A DNA stretch of 64,000 bases from Podospora anserina (taxonomy: Eukaryota). Positions 24,312 through 37,351 of the stretch are shown piece after piece (position 1 is the stretch's first letter; each line of letters opens with the position of its first letter). The DNA lies in contig CM030335.1 in the NCBI GenBank assembly GCA_017654855.1, positions 3,472,001 through 3,536,000 on the forward strand, given 5' to 3'. A program made the position numbers and the translations under genes. The notes beneath the pieces are model-generated. The model was given only the letters and a program-made list of their open reading frames with translations. It was not told the origin of the DNA and ran no database searches.

Positions 24312-25405
24312 ATGGGCAAGCTTTCTCAAATCCTCTTCCTTACGGCCTCGGCGGGGCGGGTCTTCGCCTCTTGCGCCTATGGAACACACCTGATGCCCAG
24401 AGCGGAGGAGGGTGAAGCTGTTCCAGTGGCTACCTTTGGGTATACTGGCATCACCGTAAGACACTCACATTTTGGAGGCGAGCAATCCGAGCTGACACAC
24501 ATATCAGGGCCCTCACAACTGGGCTGCCCTTGACAGCCCCGCGAACAATGTCTGTGCCACGGGCACCACACAATCGCCTATCGACATGGTGGACAGCGTC
24601 TTTGAGTTGATCGATGCCTCAGCCCTCTCAATAGAAGTCAACGACATGCCAGAGGGTGCCGACTTTGAGAACCTCGGGTCTACAGTCGAGGTCATCACCC
24701 AGGGTGGCACACTCTCTTTCGACAACAAGACCTTTGAGCTGCAGCAATTCCACTTCCATCTTCCCAGCGAGCATCTGGACAACGGCACAAGTCAAGCCAG
24801 TAGGTTTTTTTTTTTCCCTTCTTTGTACCGCGCAACACCCATGTAACCGTTGCTGACATGACGCGATAGTGGAAATGCACATGGTCTGGCAATCCGCCGA
24901 GGGAGAGATCGCCGTCGTTGGCGCCTACATCAACATCGCTACCGGGGCGGTCGCCTCGGCCTCGGTCAAGCGGGGCCTCAACACCCGCAGCCGCCTCTTC
25001 CAGAGACAAGCCGAAGCCAACGAGACTGCCCCCGTCGCCGGCACCGATGCCCCTACCGTCCTCCTCGAGACCATCTTCAGCGTCGTCGACCAGATCTCCA
25101 CCCCCGGCACCAAGGTCAAGACTCCCCCTCTCGTCATGTCCGAGGTGGTTGACCTCCTCAAGGCCGGCCAGTTCCAGGCTTACAGCGGATCCCTCACCAC
25201 CCCTCCGTGCAGCGAGGGCGTCAACTGGAGGGTGTCCACCTCCAAGCTGAGCATCTCGCCTTCCTCCTTCATCAAGGCTCGGGACGTCATCGGGTTCAAC
25301 TCGCGCTTCCCTCAGAACACGCCCGGCCAGCCGAACATCCTCATGATCTCTGCTTTGGGGGCCGCCGCCGCCGCGGTCTCGGCTGTCGGTGCGGGTGCTG
25401 CTTAA
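24312..25405 (+). CDS. Secreted alpha-class carbonic anhydrase
   Basis: Signal peptide, FGYTGITGPHNW, QSPID, QFHFHLPSEH and EMH zinc ligands, YSGSLTTPPCSEGVNW, NSRFPQ; introns 24456-24507 and 24800-24869. Confidence 0.93.
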
Positions 25406-26707
25406 CGTTCATGACGGGTCACGATTTTGTTTTGGGTACAGGTTTTTGGGCGGTTTGGAGCGGCTATTGTTTTGCATCAAAGATGGGAGCACAGGGGTAG
25501 AGTGGAAAGGGTCGAAAATAGATGAGACGGTGTTATTTTTGGGAGTTTTTTTTTTTATCATGCCGTCCCAAATGTGTTTTGGTGAAATGTGATGCTGTGT
25601 AACCTATCCTGTGTCAATCTTCCAGGAGAGTTCACTCCGTGCGGATAATGTGTCAAAATCTCCGACACATGACACACGAACTACTTACCCGGCAGACAGC
25701 TTCTAGACCGACAGCGGTTGTTAAACGGTCGTCAAGAGAGAAGCAGTCACATGTCGAACTTCCCCATTCGATTACATGATGGCGCGCATGGCCCGCAATG
25801 CATGATTGTAACGTTTGGCAGCAGCAGCATGTGCACAAGACATTTTCGTTCTGCCGTGCCCATCTACTGGGAGAGCCATGTCATGACAAGCTGTCAGGGT
25901 GGCAGTTGGACGCCACCACGAGAACCATGTGACAAGGGTTGGCAGGCACACCCGGCTCGGCGGGCTGGGCACCGAGCACTGCCGAATGGTGGGGCGCCGT
26001 TGCCCCGAGCCAAGATCTTGTGTCCGATATTGCTTCAAGCCACCCTCGACCAGCGCCCCGGATGGCAGCAAAGAAGTCTGGACCTGCTGGGAAGGTGACG
26101 CCGAGGACGAGAAATAAGTTGATAGGTAAGTATAACAAGACTCCCGTCAACGGTATATGCAATATACTGAAAACACGATATTAATTTGGGCGCATGAAGA
26201 TATATCACGCAAGCAAGCAGCGTTGCTGCCCAAAAGTTGGCTCGCTTGCCAGCACAATATGTACTCTTTCCTCACTGCGCGCCGTCCACCAGCCCCCTTC
26301 TTTCTCTGGTGGACCGGTCCTGCCTGTCGCATTCTCTACGAAATCCCCCCATCTCTACGTGTCAATCATCCATTCCCCTGACTTTTTCCTCTTCCCAAAA
26401 TCCCATGTCCGCCGCCCCCCTTCCCCCTTCCCCCGCAACCCCGCCGACCAAAAGCGGAGCACGGAGGGCGGAACTTGCGGGGAGCCGCACTGCCGGACCC
26501 CACTAGGCGCTCCGCTTTCCACCGTCATCACCGCAACCGCCACGCCTGAAAAAGCCACGATCATCGCTGTTATCCTTTTCAACGCCTTTACTTTTTTTCT
26601 TTTCCGTCTGATGAAACGACCATGACCACGTATACCATGTCAAACTGTGGATAATATGCACATAACCAAGAGAGCAAACGATGGGAGTCGACGCAGTGGA
26701 ACTGTGA

Positions 26708-26764
26708 TCCGAACACGTAAAAAAATCCGAACCGTAAAAATCCCAACCCGTAAAAAATCCGAAC
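26708..26764 (+). repeat. Short degenerate tandem repeat, about 3.5 copies of TCC(G/C)AAC(N)CGTAAAAA
   Basis: tccgaacacgtaaaaaaa / tccgaaccgtaaaaa / tcccaacccgtaaaaaa / tccgaac. Confidence 0.7.
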
Positions 26765-29700
26765 TCGAATTTTTCGGGAAGGTTTGTGGATGTCTGCATG
26801 GGTTATCGCTGGTTGATTCAACTCCTTCGGTAAGTACATATCGCGGAGGCGGATGTCTCTTCCGTTGCGATGGGTTGACCCCGCTCGGCTGGTTGGCAAG
26901 GATGAAGGGCGGCCGTGAGATCGGGCTGGGATTTGTGACGATTGTCGAGGAGCATGAGACTGGATTTTCTTTGGGTCGGCTCCGGGAATGTTGGGATCGG
27001 GATGTGGGAAAGTGAAGTTTGTATCAAAGGAAAGCCGAGCCGATGAGGGTTGGCCGGTGGTCGGGCCGGCCGTCGAACTCGGTGTGGTGGCTGGCGGGCC
27101 GCCGGTGCTGGCGGTGCGGCGTGGAAGAGGAAGAATCCTGACGCTGGGAAACTGGAACCGAAGATGGAAGAGGAAGCAAGAATCGTACGATGAAGGATTG
27201 GGATATGTGTGGTGGGTGGTTGCGGCCCGGACAGGCGTGAGTGTGGCGTAGACGGTCTCGAGTCACGCTCATCGAGTTTGAGAGAGAGACGTTCTACAAA
27301 GACAATTTTGAAGTATAAAGTTACCTCAGTGAATAGATGAAAGTAGAAGAATTGTTTTTGAGGATTTGTTGAACAAGAGATGTTTCTATTTGCTGAAGGA
27401 AAGTGCGGGACCTGACTTCCCTGAGGTAGCTGACCCATCACGACATCTAGAAGAAGTGCTACCCTAGAGCCCCTGAAGAATTTCCTTTCACCTTTTCACC
27501 TAACTCATTACTTGCTGGGGTAATATGATATCCTTAAAAGTACCGCTAACAAGAAACGTGCTTGCTTATTTATCTCTTATGTCACGGTAAATACCTAGGT
27601 CGGTTTCTTGTTTGTGGTTTCATGTTTGTATATTTTACATTCAAGTTCTTTCCTTTGTGCCATCGTACCTAACTGTTATCGATATCTTGAACTGTTTCTA
27701 AGAATCAGATAGGAGTTCCTGATAACTCTTGGGTCACGAACCAGCCATGCCTTATGCACTCAAGCAGCCTGCCGCTGCCGCTATAATCGGGGCCACTAAA
27801 CTTTGGTTCTCAAACTCCTGTCCACAGACGCCAAGCAGTTTTGAGTTCTTTGTCAAGCCAAGAATGAGGAGTAAGGTTGCATCAGAGTTCCTAGGTCTCT
27901 ATTTCTAGCATCCGAAGGATCGAGTTTCAATGGAAGAGGTCCGGAAATGCACAGAAACTGGGGAAGCAACGCCTCGGGCTTTGCCAAGAAGCCATTCCCA
28001 GAACAAGTATCCCGAGGCTCTCCGCCCAGGGACTAGACAAAGCCGTGGATGAGACATAGAGCTTTTTGAACAATGTGCTCCGGGCCCTTAGCCGAGACAG
28101 GTCCCAAGAGAAGCGCCAAGGGCGCCACACTTCTGACAGGTGTCACTGAACGGTAGTGGGTGCAGATCCAAGTATTTCATGATGTATGGGTGAAGAGGCA
28201 CTTTGTCTTATATGTATGGGGAATGGAAATCCTGCCGAACATGGTGATAAGCCTGACTCACAACGACTTGACCCCGTGAGGCGGAAGCTCAGCTTTTCCA
28301 TCATTCACAGTCTCGGATGTCTGTACCATCGTCCATCGTCTAGGGCGCTTGCCTACATGATGTAAGGGTAAAAAGGGCGTAGAGATAGTTACATGAACCG
28401 ATCTAGCCGACCACAACTCTTGGGAGCCTCCCGCCACACTCTATATCATTGTTCCATGGCCGATGTTACCTCATTGCTGAACATGACATCACAGTGGTCG
28501 ACATTCGAGGAGAATTCCCCGTCGGTTGGACCCGAGGTGTCCGTTTGCGCTTGGAGCCTCCTCAGGGGTACTAGAATAGACGCGTGCAGCAAAAGTGAAG
28601 CGATTCGTAGGGTAGTACGAGGTGGCTCCGAAGGATTGCCAAGTCAACGACGTGCGTTGATCTATCGATATATCAAGTCGGTGTAAAGATTGTGGTCAGT
28701 TATGATGGTGAAGTTTGGTACAGGCACAAGGGTAACCGCGGAACCTCGAAGTTGCCTGCCACGGCAATAATGTTTGGGCATCAAGACGTCGCCTGATGCT
28801 TTTCTTGGCGGCTAAGATGCCGTGTCTACACGCAGCGAAGCCCGGATGCCAGACCGGATATGATGCTCCATTGGGTATTGGCACACGTGGGATGAGACAG
28901 TTTTCTCAATGGTCTTGATCTGGAAAACGTTAGTAGCCAAATTTCAAGCTGTGGAGGGCGTCTACAGCCGCGAGAAGCGTCGAAAAGGCCTGCCCACAGA
29001 CCGGATAAGTAATGTAGGTACCCTTGGCCAGCTTTTCTGTGGAAGCCCAACATATCACGATTTCTCATAAAACCGGTCTGTCTTGCTTGTCAAGTCGATC
29101 AGAAGCCCGGTCTGGGTTCAAGACGTCTCGGCAATGTCGGAAGGCAGCCTGTCACTAGCGGCACAGGTCACACCATGTCTGAGTCAATTTCTGGATGGTA
29201 GGCAATCTGTCTGACCACTGGCAGCTAGCTAGTTAATGAGCCCAATGCAAGCCATCGCGCGGCGGCCCGGCTCACTCCCGAAACCCTAGAAAGGCCTAAG
29301 GATCAGGGCCCGCATGGTGATAGCAGGCGCAGGGTTGGATCGCTTGTTGACGGTCTTGGCAGTCAAGTCTGCGATGCTGTATGGTGGGATGATGACGAAC
29401 GGGAGGGGAAGAGAAGAGGGGCCCAGAGGGGTCTGGACGGTGTGTGAAAGGGCGGGAGTTGTGACGGGAAGTGGTGGAGGTGCCAAAAATGCCAAAAAAT
29501 TGCCAGCCCTGACCTGGACAGACCCAAGTACCGGCGGCCCAATCGACCAGAGAAGAGCTGTGATGCTGCAGCACACTACCTACGTGCTGCGTGGCATCTC
29601 ACCAGATGGGCAACCCGGACGCAACTCATTGGAGTCTACCATCTTCCACCCCCACCGGCCACCTCACGCTTTTCCTTTCTTTCTCATCGAGATGCAAGCT

Positions 29701-30302
29701 TTTCACACCGGTGCGGGACTGATGTGACTCTCTCGACGCACCTGGTCATTTATTACCGCAACAGGTCAAGAAACATCGTCAACCATCTTTAAGTTTTGGT
29801 GTGAGGATATGTCTTATCTCACACACTGCCGATGGCACAGACCTCATCCAGGCACGCAAGATGGCTTTGTCTAACCATGCCATGGCCCTGACTGGAGCTT
29901 GGCTGCTAGTCCTCGGTCTTGTCCACACACCCACAAAGCCCAACCCTCCAATGACAGACCCGGAGCTCCTTGAGCCCAACCAACAGAGATCTCACGATGG
30001 CTCTCGACTGACCCTGGGCTCCATGACTCGGTTGTCTCAACTTCTGGCAGTTTTGGAATACCCTTTCTTCTCTCGGGCCAAAGGCAGAGGAGAAAATCAG
30101 AAGCAGTGACCTGCCTGATCTTTCAGATGTCTATAAAAATGCACACAGAGCCCATCTCGACAAGTGCACATTTTGCTGTTCTTGTGTAACAAACACCAAA
30201 CACTTGTTCCCACCACACGATCACCTACCACCTGCTTTCTCACGTCAGATCCCAAATCTCAAGCCAACCATTCACCAGCTACCAACAACTCCTTGGCTCA
30301 TC

Positions 30303-30581
30303 ATGTTGCCCCTCCAGTTCTCGCCTCTTCTCTCTGACCAAGACTTTGTGTTTGGTCCTGGCCCCCTCAGCTCCCAAGGGGAAGGCATCAGAACTTTACC
30401 GGTAAGTCTGGCAACGAAGGAACAACATCTAAAACTAACGCGACATCAGATTCCAGGAGTTCTTTGTCCAACATGCGCCGCCAACGGCAGCGAGGTCTGG
30501 GTCATCCCGGGGCGGCAGTGCGGCTACTGCCGCACCCCTGCCCCTGATGAAGATTCCTGCGATGGTGACCACGACCATTGA
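30303..30581 (+). CDS. 76-aa protein with CxxC...CxxC putative zinc ribbon
   Basis: TATAAAA near 30132, ATG 30303, canonical 48-nt intron 30402-30449 (GTAAGT...CTAAC...CAG); exon 2 encodes IPGVLCPTCAANGSEVWVIPGRQCGYCRTP. Confidence 0.8.
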   Translation: MLPLQFSPLLSDQDFVFGPGPLSSQGEGIRTLPVSLATKEQHLKLTRHQIPGVLCPTCAANGSEVWVIPGRQCGYCRTPAPDEDSCDGDHDH

Positions 30582-32096
30582 TTAGCTCTCGAAACCTACG
30601 ACAATATCGATACCCTTTTTTCAACATGGCGAAGAGGAGTTGGCGGTTCTTTATGCGTTTTCAGTTGGGGGTTTTACACACTCGTTGGGCTCGTCACGTT
30701 TTCACCTATTTCAATGACCATCGAATTTTCTCGCTCACTTTGGTTTATGTTCGGCTCGGATGCTCTTTACTGCAGGGCAACGTGGGGCTTTGTGAGGTGT
30801 CATACTCGACCGCCGTCTTCACCTTCCTTGTAGGCGAGCATCTCCTCGGCGGTACCTCAATAGACTGCAAAGTGCGGTTTTGTCTTGAGCACGAGTGCTG
30901 CCAACCATCGTTCCTGTTTCTGTAGCTCGGAGCTGCCGGTTGGTCCGGAACAGGGCCCCGCAGAAATGCATGCCACCGCATCTCTGCGGCACTGGCATGT
31001 CATCAATATCACGGGCTTCGTCCAAGTATTCCAAGTGCAGGGGGACTCGCTGCGGTGCTGCTGCTATTATTACCTAACCCTTCGGTGAACTACCTGTATG
31101 CTGTGAGACCACCATGTTATTCCTCTCACTTGTGAGCCAAATCCGATCAACATCACACCTTCGCAGACCTAGCTATCAGCATTCTACCCGGTAGGTACTC
31201 ATACTTGATAGACAAATCACGAGTTTCCTATAACGATGTATCACAAAACCAACAGCTTTTCATCTTGGAAAAACGCTACAATACGTCAGAATGAGAGCAC
31301 TTGGCCCAACAACACCATGAAACCGGGCTGAACGCCATGAGCTCCGATTTGATGTACCAAACAATCGAACGTTTACTCTGGCTTCTCTCTCTCCGGTCTC
31401 TGTCACAAGTAGCGGTCAGCATACCAGATTGCTTACCTCATGACGACTGGGATGACACTGCAACAAATCGACGGCCGCATTGTCCCCTGCATCGTAGCAT
31501 TGGTGCTGCCGGCCGCGAGAACGTGGCGGGGATGATCGGAAGTTGAGCTCCGGCGCCGAGCCGCTCTTGATGCAGGGCTCATGTTCCATGACCTCTGGGA
31601 CGGATCGGACTGTCTGGCTTTTACCTATACCACCAAAGTTCACACAAGCTAGGTTTCTTTCTGGAAACTCTTTCGACTTTCGCAAGATCTTTATACTGTC
31701 CCACCTAAGCACTTGACCACCCATCTCCTTCAAACACTCTCGCATACCATATATTGGCTTACTACCTCAGGGTAAAATACCTAGGTACAGTGTTGTTGTT
31801 TGCTGGAAACCTACTCACCAGCCCACAACTGCCCGCATGCTGCAAGTCAGCAGCATGCTTCCAAGCACGCGAGATTTCACCAGTTGAATGTGAACCGGAT
31901 ACAGCAACAAACGAATCTGAATTCTGACAAGAAGAATAAAGTAGGTATCATGATGTTCCACCCTGCTGTTCAAATGTCCCCCAAAACGCCCGAATATGCC
32001 TGTGGAGATCAAGCCTGATATGACAGCCCCAATGAAAAGTATTAGCCAAGTTTGTCTACCACAACCGTAAGATCAGCATGCAAAGCCAACCCCTTC

Positions 32097-33632
32097 TCAG
32101 TTCGGTGTGACCACAACCACCTCAACCCCCTTCTTCCCCCCCTCCTCAACCACCGCCGTCTCCCCGCTCAGCCCCGAAGACAACGAATTCCTCTCCGACC
32201 TTTCCCCATCACCAGCCAAACACACCTCCACCATAGCCCCAAACACCGGTCCCCACCCCCACTCCCCATCCAACCTCTCCAGCCGTTCTCTCACCCCCCT
32301 GCCTACCCCCCTCCCCCCCTCCCTCAAACCCGCCTGCCTAAGCAACGCCCCAACTACAGCTACATGCCCCCTCCTCCCATGCCCGTTCTCCAAGTGTTTC
32401 ACCACCCTCCCCAGCACATCCCCCACCACCTCCGCCTTCTCCCCCTCCTTCATATACCCCATCAGCAACTCCATCAAGCCAACATCATACCCGTACTCGG
32501 CCGCCCAATGAAGCGGCGTCTTGCCTTGCCGATCCCTCGCCAGCGGATCAGCGCCATACTCGAGCAACACAGTCGCGCAGGCGGTGTCAGTGTGGGCAGC
32601 CCAGTGTAGCGGGCTGACTGACGGACCGTTCTTGCCCGTCGACAAAGGGTTGGGATTTGCGTTGCCGTAGCCCAGCAGAAATGACAGGGCAGTTGGGTTG
32701 GAGCACAATGTGGCGATGTGAAGAGCTGTCTGTCTGGTTGTTTTCCCGGTGGATGTCCCCCCTAGGGGTGATGGGATGGGTAGGTCAGCGGCTGCTCCCT
32801 TGTCGAGGAGGAGCTTGAGGATGGCCTCGGTTTGCTCAGGTGATAGGGAGTTGAGAGAGCAAGCTACGCTTAGCGGGGTGGAGGGATCTGACGGCCCGGT
32901 GGAGGGGAGGTTAGGGTTGGCGCCGCTTTCGAGGAGGAACTTGACAAAGGCTAGGTGGGCTTTTGGCCGGGTCTTTGCTAATGGGGAGCGGAGGGCGCAG
33001 ATCAGGGGGGTGAAGCCGAGGTGGTTGGGGCTGTTGATGGGGATTTTGTGGCCGTGGAGGTAGGTGAACACCCTGGGAGCGTCGAGCTCGGAGCAGCCGT
33101 TGCAGAGGTCGGCGAGGTGTTGGACGGAGATGATGTTGGGATGGTGGGCCTGTTTCCCACCGAGGTTGGATGGAGTTAGAGAGGAGAGGAGGCGGGTGAG
33201 AAGAATGGATGACCGGGAACGCTTGTGGGATGGCTTCTTGGCCTTGGTTGAGACCGTGGAGATGGATACCTCTGCTTCAAGCTTGAGACGAGCCCGATAC
33301 GTGGTCGAGAGTGTGGTGATGGTGTTGGCGAGGGCCTCATCCTGACGCTCGCGCTCGACCTCGTCTTGGGTGCAACGGCAACGGGGGGTGTGCACCCATA
33401 TTGATGGGGTCGCAAGTTTGTTGCTCCGACTTGGTTTGATGATCTCACGACAGTTATATTGACGAGGAACTCTGGTCTTTGGTTGCCATCCCATTCTCAC
33501 AAATGGTTCTGGGATGGGCTTGGAGGTGTAGTAGTGGAGCCCCGTGGGGGACTGGGTCCTTGGTGAAGACCAAGGGGACTCGTCCCATGGCTGCTGTTGT
33601 TGCCTGACGGTGAGTGCTGATGGTTCTGGCAT
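32097..33632 (-). CDS. Ankyrin-repeat protein
   Basis: 511-aa ORF with GFTPLICA, STPLSVAC, QTALHIA, VSPLHWAA and GKTPLHWAA repeats and LLESGANPN, LLEYGADPLARD motifs. Confidence 0.88.
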   Translation of the reverse strand: MPEPSALTVRQQQQPWDESPWSSPRTQSPTGLHYYTSKPIPEPFVRMGWQPKTRVPRQYNCREIIKPSRSNKLATPSIWVHTPRCRCTQDEVERERQDEALANTITTLSTTYRARLKLEAEVSISTVSTKAKKPSHKRSRSSILLTRLLSSLTPSNLGGKQAHHPNIISVQHLADLCNGCSELDAPRVFTYLHGHKIPINSPNHLGFTPLICALRSPLAKTRPKAHLAFVKFLLESGANPNLPSTGPSDPSTPLSVACSLNSLSPEQTEAILKLLLDKGAAADLPIPSPLGGTSTGKTTRQTALHIATLCSNPTALSFLLGYGNANPNPLSTGKNGPSVSPLHWAAHTDTACATVLLEYGADPLARDRQGKTPLHWAAEYGYDVGLMELLMGYMKEGEKAEVVGDVLGRVVKHLENGHGRRGHVAVVGALLRQAGLREGGRGVGRGVRERLERLDGEWGWGPVFGAMVEVCLAGDGERSERNSLSSGLSGETAVVEEGGKKGVEVVVVTPN

Positions 33633-34678
33633 GGTTTTGTTCTGGTACCTTATCTGGCCTGTCCTTTCCGAACAGACACTGCCCTGGAAGAGGAGGGCAA
33701 TCTCTCAGGTATATACCCCTCGATCAGCATCGTGCATCCCTTCCTTCTTGCCGGAGTATTAAATTCCGCCATTGTTCGACATGTCCAAAGCCACACACTA
33801 CCCGCCAATAATTAGACTTGGCGCACAGCTACCAAAGCGCTGGGACACGTCGTTCGGCGGTTGGTTTTGGGCACCGATCACGCTCGCCGAGCCATTAACA
33901 TGGCTCAGCTCTACCCTGCTGTAACACTCTCTCAGGCCCCAGCTGAGAGGCAGCCAGCCCTCCACTCCCCAAAAGAGGAAATGGCTGCGAAACCTGGCCG
34001 CCACATGTCGCTTTTGCACACCTGAGAACTTTTGAGAAGACAATAATTGCCCTTCTATTCCAGTGACAACTCATCTTACACCAAACTCAGCCTGAGCCAG
34101 CCCTTCTCTGAATGGCAATGTTGAACTGGCCGCAGTTGATGATTTTTCCTCAGGGTTCCCTTCATGCCTGCTAGCGCCCTGGGTAAGGGTTAAACTAACC
34201 ACTTCCCACCCCCTCCATTCCTCCCGTCTCTCTGCCTCCCGCCCATGCCCAGCAACACAAGGAAAAAAAACTTTATCTTGATCGCTACCGCACAGTCCCG
34301 TAGTCCCTTGCCTCTCTCTGTCTCAACAGACACGCAAACTCTTTTCTTCTCCTTGCCAGCCCCGCGAGGCCATACCGCTCTTCTCCGAAACCCTTTGCGT
34401 GACGGAAATTGTGGTCGGGGTGACGCGGGACATCCGATGACGCACGCACTCCCGCAACAGCAACAGTGATCAAAGTCAGCTGAGCTGAGAGCAAGTCGGA
34501 CGAAAAAAGAGATGTTGTGGTAAAGTCTCGGACCGGGCCGTCAGTGATCAACGACGTTTTCTTCTGCTTTTCGGTGAAACATTACCCAACGTTTAGCGCA
34601 CACCGACGGCACCGACGGCACGCACCACACCGCTGCCAGCAAAAAGTCACTGTGCACCAAAAGTGATGCAAAAGTGTA

Positions 34679-34760
34679 CTCTCCCGCCGGGAATTGAACC
34701 CGGGTCTCGAGCGTTGTTAGTAATGACAAGCTCACATACTGACCACTATACTACGGAAGA
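34679..34760 (-). tRNA. tRNA-Asp(GTC): tRNA-Asp (anticodon GTC) with a 10-nt intron
   Basis: Acceptor stem TCTTCCG/CGGGAGA, D-arm TAGTATAGTGGTCAGTAT, anticodon arm TGAGC-TTGTCA[ttactaacaa]C-GCTCG, T-arm CCGGGTTCAATTCCCGG, followed by a TTTT run. Confidence 0.95.
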
Positions 34761-35099
34761 TTTGCAGGTGTGGGCACCTGTCGTAGGCTGTGGATTGGTT
34801 GGAAGCAGCTGCGGGAAAACTCCTCATATGGGTGGCTTGAATGGGAAACGCAGCGGAGTTTATGATATCTTCGCTGTTTCCTTGTTAACGGCCTCTTGGC
34901 CCAGCAAGTGGAGTCCTCACCGTCGAAAAGGAGAATGGCAACACCCGCCCCTGAATCACCCGCCGCATGGGGGAAAACAGCATATGACGAACTGACGCTC
35001 CTCAATGACGACGCGCCCCATCACAAACACCTCTACAAACATCCACCGAGACAAGCCTCCAGCTGTTAACCCGAACACCCGAATCCAAAACCCGCAGGC

Positions 35100-35630
35100 T
35101 CAACTCCCACCCAACTCCCTCACCCTCCCAAATGCCTCCAGTATCCCCCTCGCCAACTCCCCATAAGCAAACTCAATCCCCCCCTCCCTCACCTCCTCCT
35201 CAGTTGCCCACCTCCAATCCCTATGCTCCCTCTCCTCCAGCCTCACCACCGGCAGCCCCTCTTCCCCCCCGACGATCCTCACCAAAAACACCACCTTCCT
35301 CCACCACAACCCCGTCTTTGGCTCCTCCCACTCCGTGAAACCACCCCCCACAGTCCCCAGGATGTCCTTTTCGGGATCAACATCAAGCCCGGTCTCTTCT
35401 TTTACTTCCCTCGCCGCAGCTGACAGGATCGACGCGTCAAAGTCTTCTATGCCGCCTCCGGGCGTCTCCCATTTGAGGGGGAAGCCATCTTTCAGCGCGC
35501 GCTGGATGATGAGTGTACGGGCGACGTTTGTGGGAGAGGTGTGGATGATGACTGCCGAGACGACGAGGCCGCCGGTGATGGAGGGGTGTTTGGGAAGGTA
35601 GGTTGAAAGGGGCTGGTGGTATTCTTCCAT
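35100..35630 (-). CDS. Nudix hydrolase
   Basis: Nudix box WETPGGGIEDFDASILSAAAREVKEETGL and C-terminal EH.DW.W motif. Confidence 0.9.
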   Translation of the reverse strand: MEEYHQPLSTYLPKHPSITGGLVVSAVIIHTSPTNVARTLIIQRALKDGFPLKWETPGGGIEDFDASILSAAAREVKEETGLDVDPEKDILGTVGGGFTEWEEPKTGLWWRKVVFLVRIVGGEEGLPVVRLEEREHRDWRWATEEEVREGGIEFAYGELARGILEAFGRVRELGGS

Positions 35631-36085
35631 GGTGTTGCAGGTGTTGGCGGGTTGGGTTTCGAGCTATAAATTGGTAGCTGAGTTGACTTCACGTGGCGCT
35701 GATGGGTGCTTGACTTCTACGGCGAAATCTCGTATTATTTGTCCCCTCCTTTTGAGGCTCTTTGAGACCAAACCGATGAAAATGCCGCGTCATCAAAAGT
35801 GACGTAAGGTTGTACGTACTGAGGTTAGGCAGACGTCGCGGGGATGGGTAAACTGACAAGCCACCTTCATCGCTGCCTGGAGATGCCAAATAAGCGCGGA
35901 GGAATACAGTAACCCAACACGACGCAAGCTGGCTCAAAATTGGAAAAATAGTGATATTGACAAGCTCTGTGAGTAGATCTTCAGTCTTTAGATCTTTGCA
36001 TCCTTCGTCGTCAGACAGCATCCACAAATGAACAGCCAGTCTCGCAACTCCTTCCCCTCCACAAACCACCCGTCCAAGGTTTACC

Positions 36086-37351
36086 TTACTTGTAAGTGAC
36101 GGGCATGCCACCGGGAAGCTCCGAAAGCCCTAAGAAAAGACACGTCAGTACCCATGCTATTAACCCCTAGCAAGGTTAAACTTACAGCCCTCGGTCTCTT
36201 CCGCAATCGTCTGCTGCTTCAAGCAAGCAACGGCTTGCTCGGCACTCTGAGTCTTGAGCTGACTGCACCTATCGCCGCTGCACCTGGCATCAAGCGCACG
36301 TTGCAAGGAATCGCCCTTCCAGCCAAAGACGTAGTCACCGTGCTGGCCATAACCGGTACTGGAGTTTTTATTAGCTGGATGTGTGACACAGGAGACAGGA
36401 AAGGGGATGCCTACCCGTCACCCATCGAGTACACAAGAGGTTGCCCCTTCTCAGGCCAGATGCTCTTATCGTTGAATGGTCTGGTATCCCACATAACCTC
36501 GTACATCAACTGCGGTAAGCGGACAGGATGGCTAGCGGGGCATGGTCCGGTCGACTCGAAAGAACCCGTCTGGGGATAAGAGACGTGGGACTTGTGGTCC
36601 GGGCTGTCAACATTCTTGCCATCCCAGCAGCTATTTCCGCCTGTTAGCAAAGCTGCTCCCATAAAGAGATGTAACCAAGACCATCACTCACGTGGGGAAT
36701 GTGATGGTAGTCCTGATACCGCCAGGGCAAATCTTGTTGGGGAAGGAGGCGGTGTCTTCGCCCGTGCAGGGCGCGCCACCGAAGGGGTTCTGCTCAATGT
36801 TGTGTTCGCAGCGGTGGCAGATCTGCTTTTGCATGCCGCGCTGGTTGCGGAGGCTGGGGTCACCGACAAGCATGCGGAAGCCCTGGCATGAACATTAGCA
36901 CCGATCCACATATCCAGCAACCAAATAAAACACCTACTGGCTTGAAGGCTGTGACCTTCGTCTTGCCATCGTACGGTGGGATGTAGTAGACTGTCACGCC
37001 ACCCTTGCCCCTGAGCCCCAGGTTGACCATCTGTGGCACACGCTTGAAGCTACCGTTCTTGGCCTTGAAGTATACGTTGGCCGTCCAGTAGTTGGAAAAG
37101 TCCTCCGAGAAGGAGCAGGTCGTGCATGTTGACTGCGTGGAAGGATCGTACTCTCCTGGAGGCATGCTGGCGTTGAACGAGTTACCTCCCACGATCTGGT
37201 GCAGATGAGGAGACTGCAACGCGCCAGGATTGACGAGAGGATCGAGACGCTCAATGACCAGTTGACTGCACTGGAAGCGCATCATGGCGGCCTGGCCGGA
37301 GACATGGCGCACCCAGAGGGCAGCCGCCGTAGCGAGAAGGGAGGACTTCAT
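36086..37351 (-). CDS. Secreted DUF1996-domain protein
   Basis: Signal peptide, [10 protein letters not shown]...[60 protein letters not shown]; several introns, last exon [14 protein letters not shown]. Confidence 0.9.

Noticed and set aside
26821-26840. TACTTACC on the minus strand resembling the U1 snRNA 5' end
   Set aside because: No U1 stem-loops or Sm site follow; it is simply the complement of GGTAAGTA.
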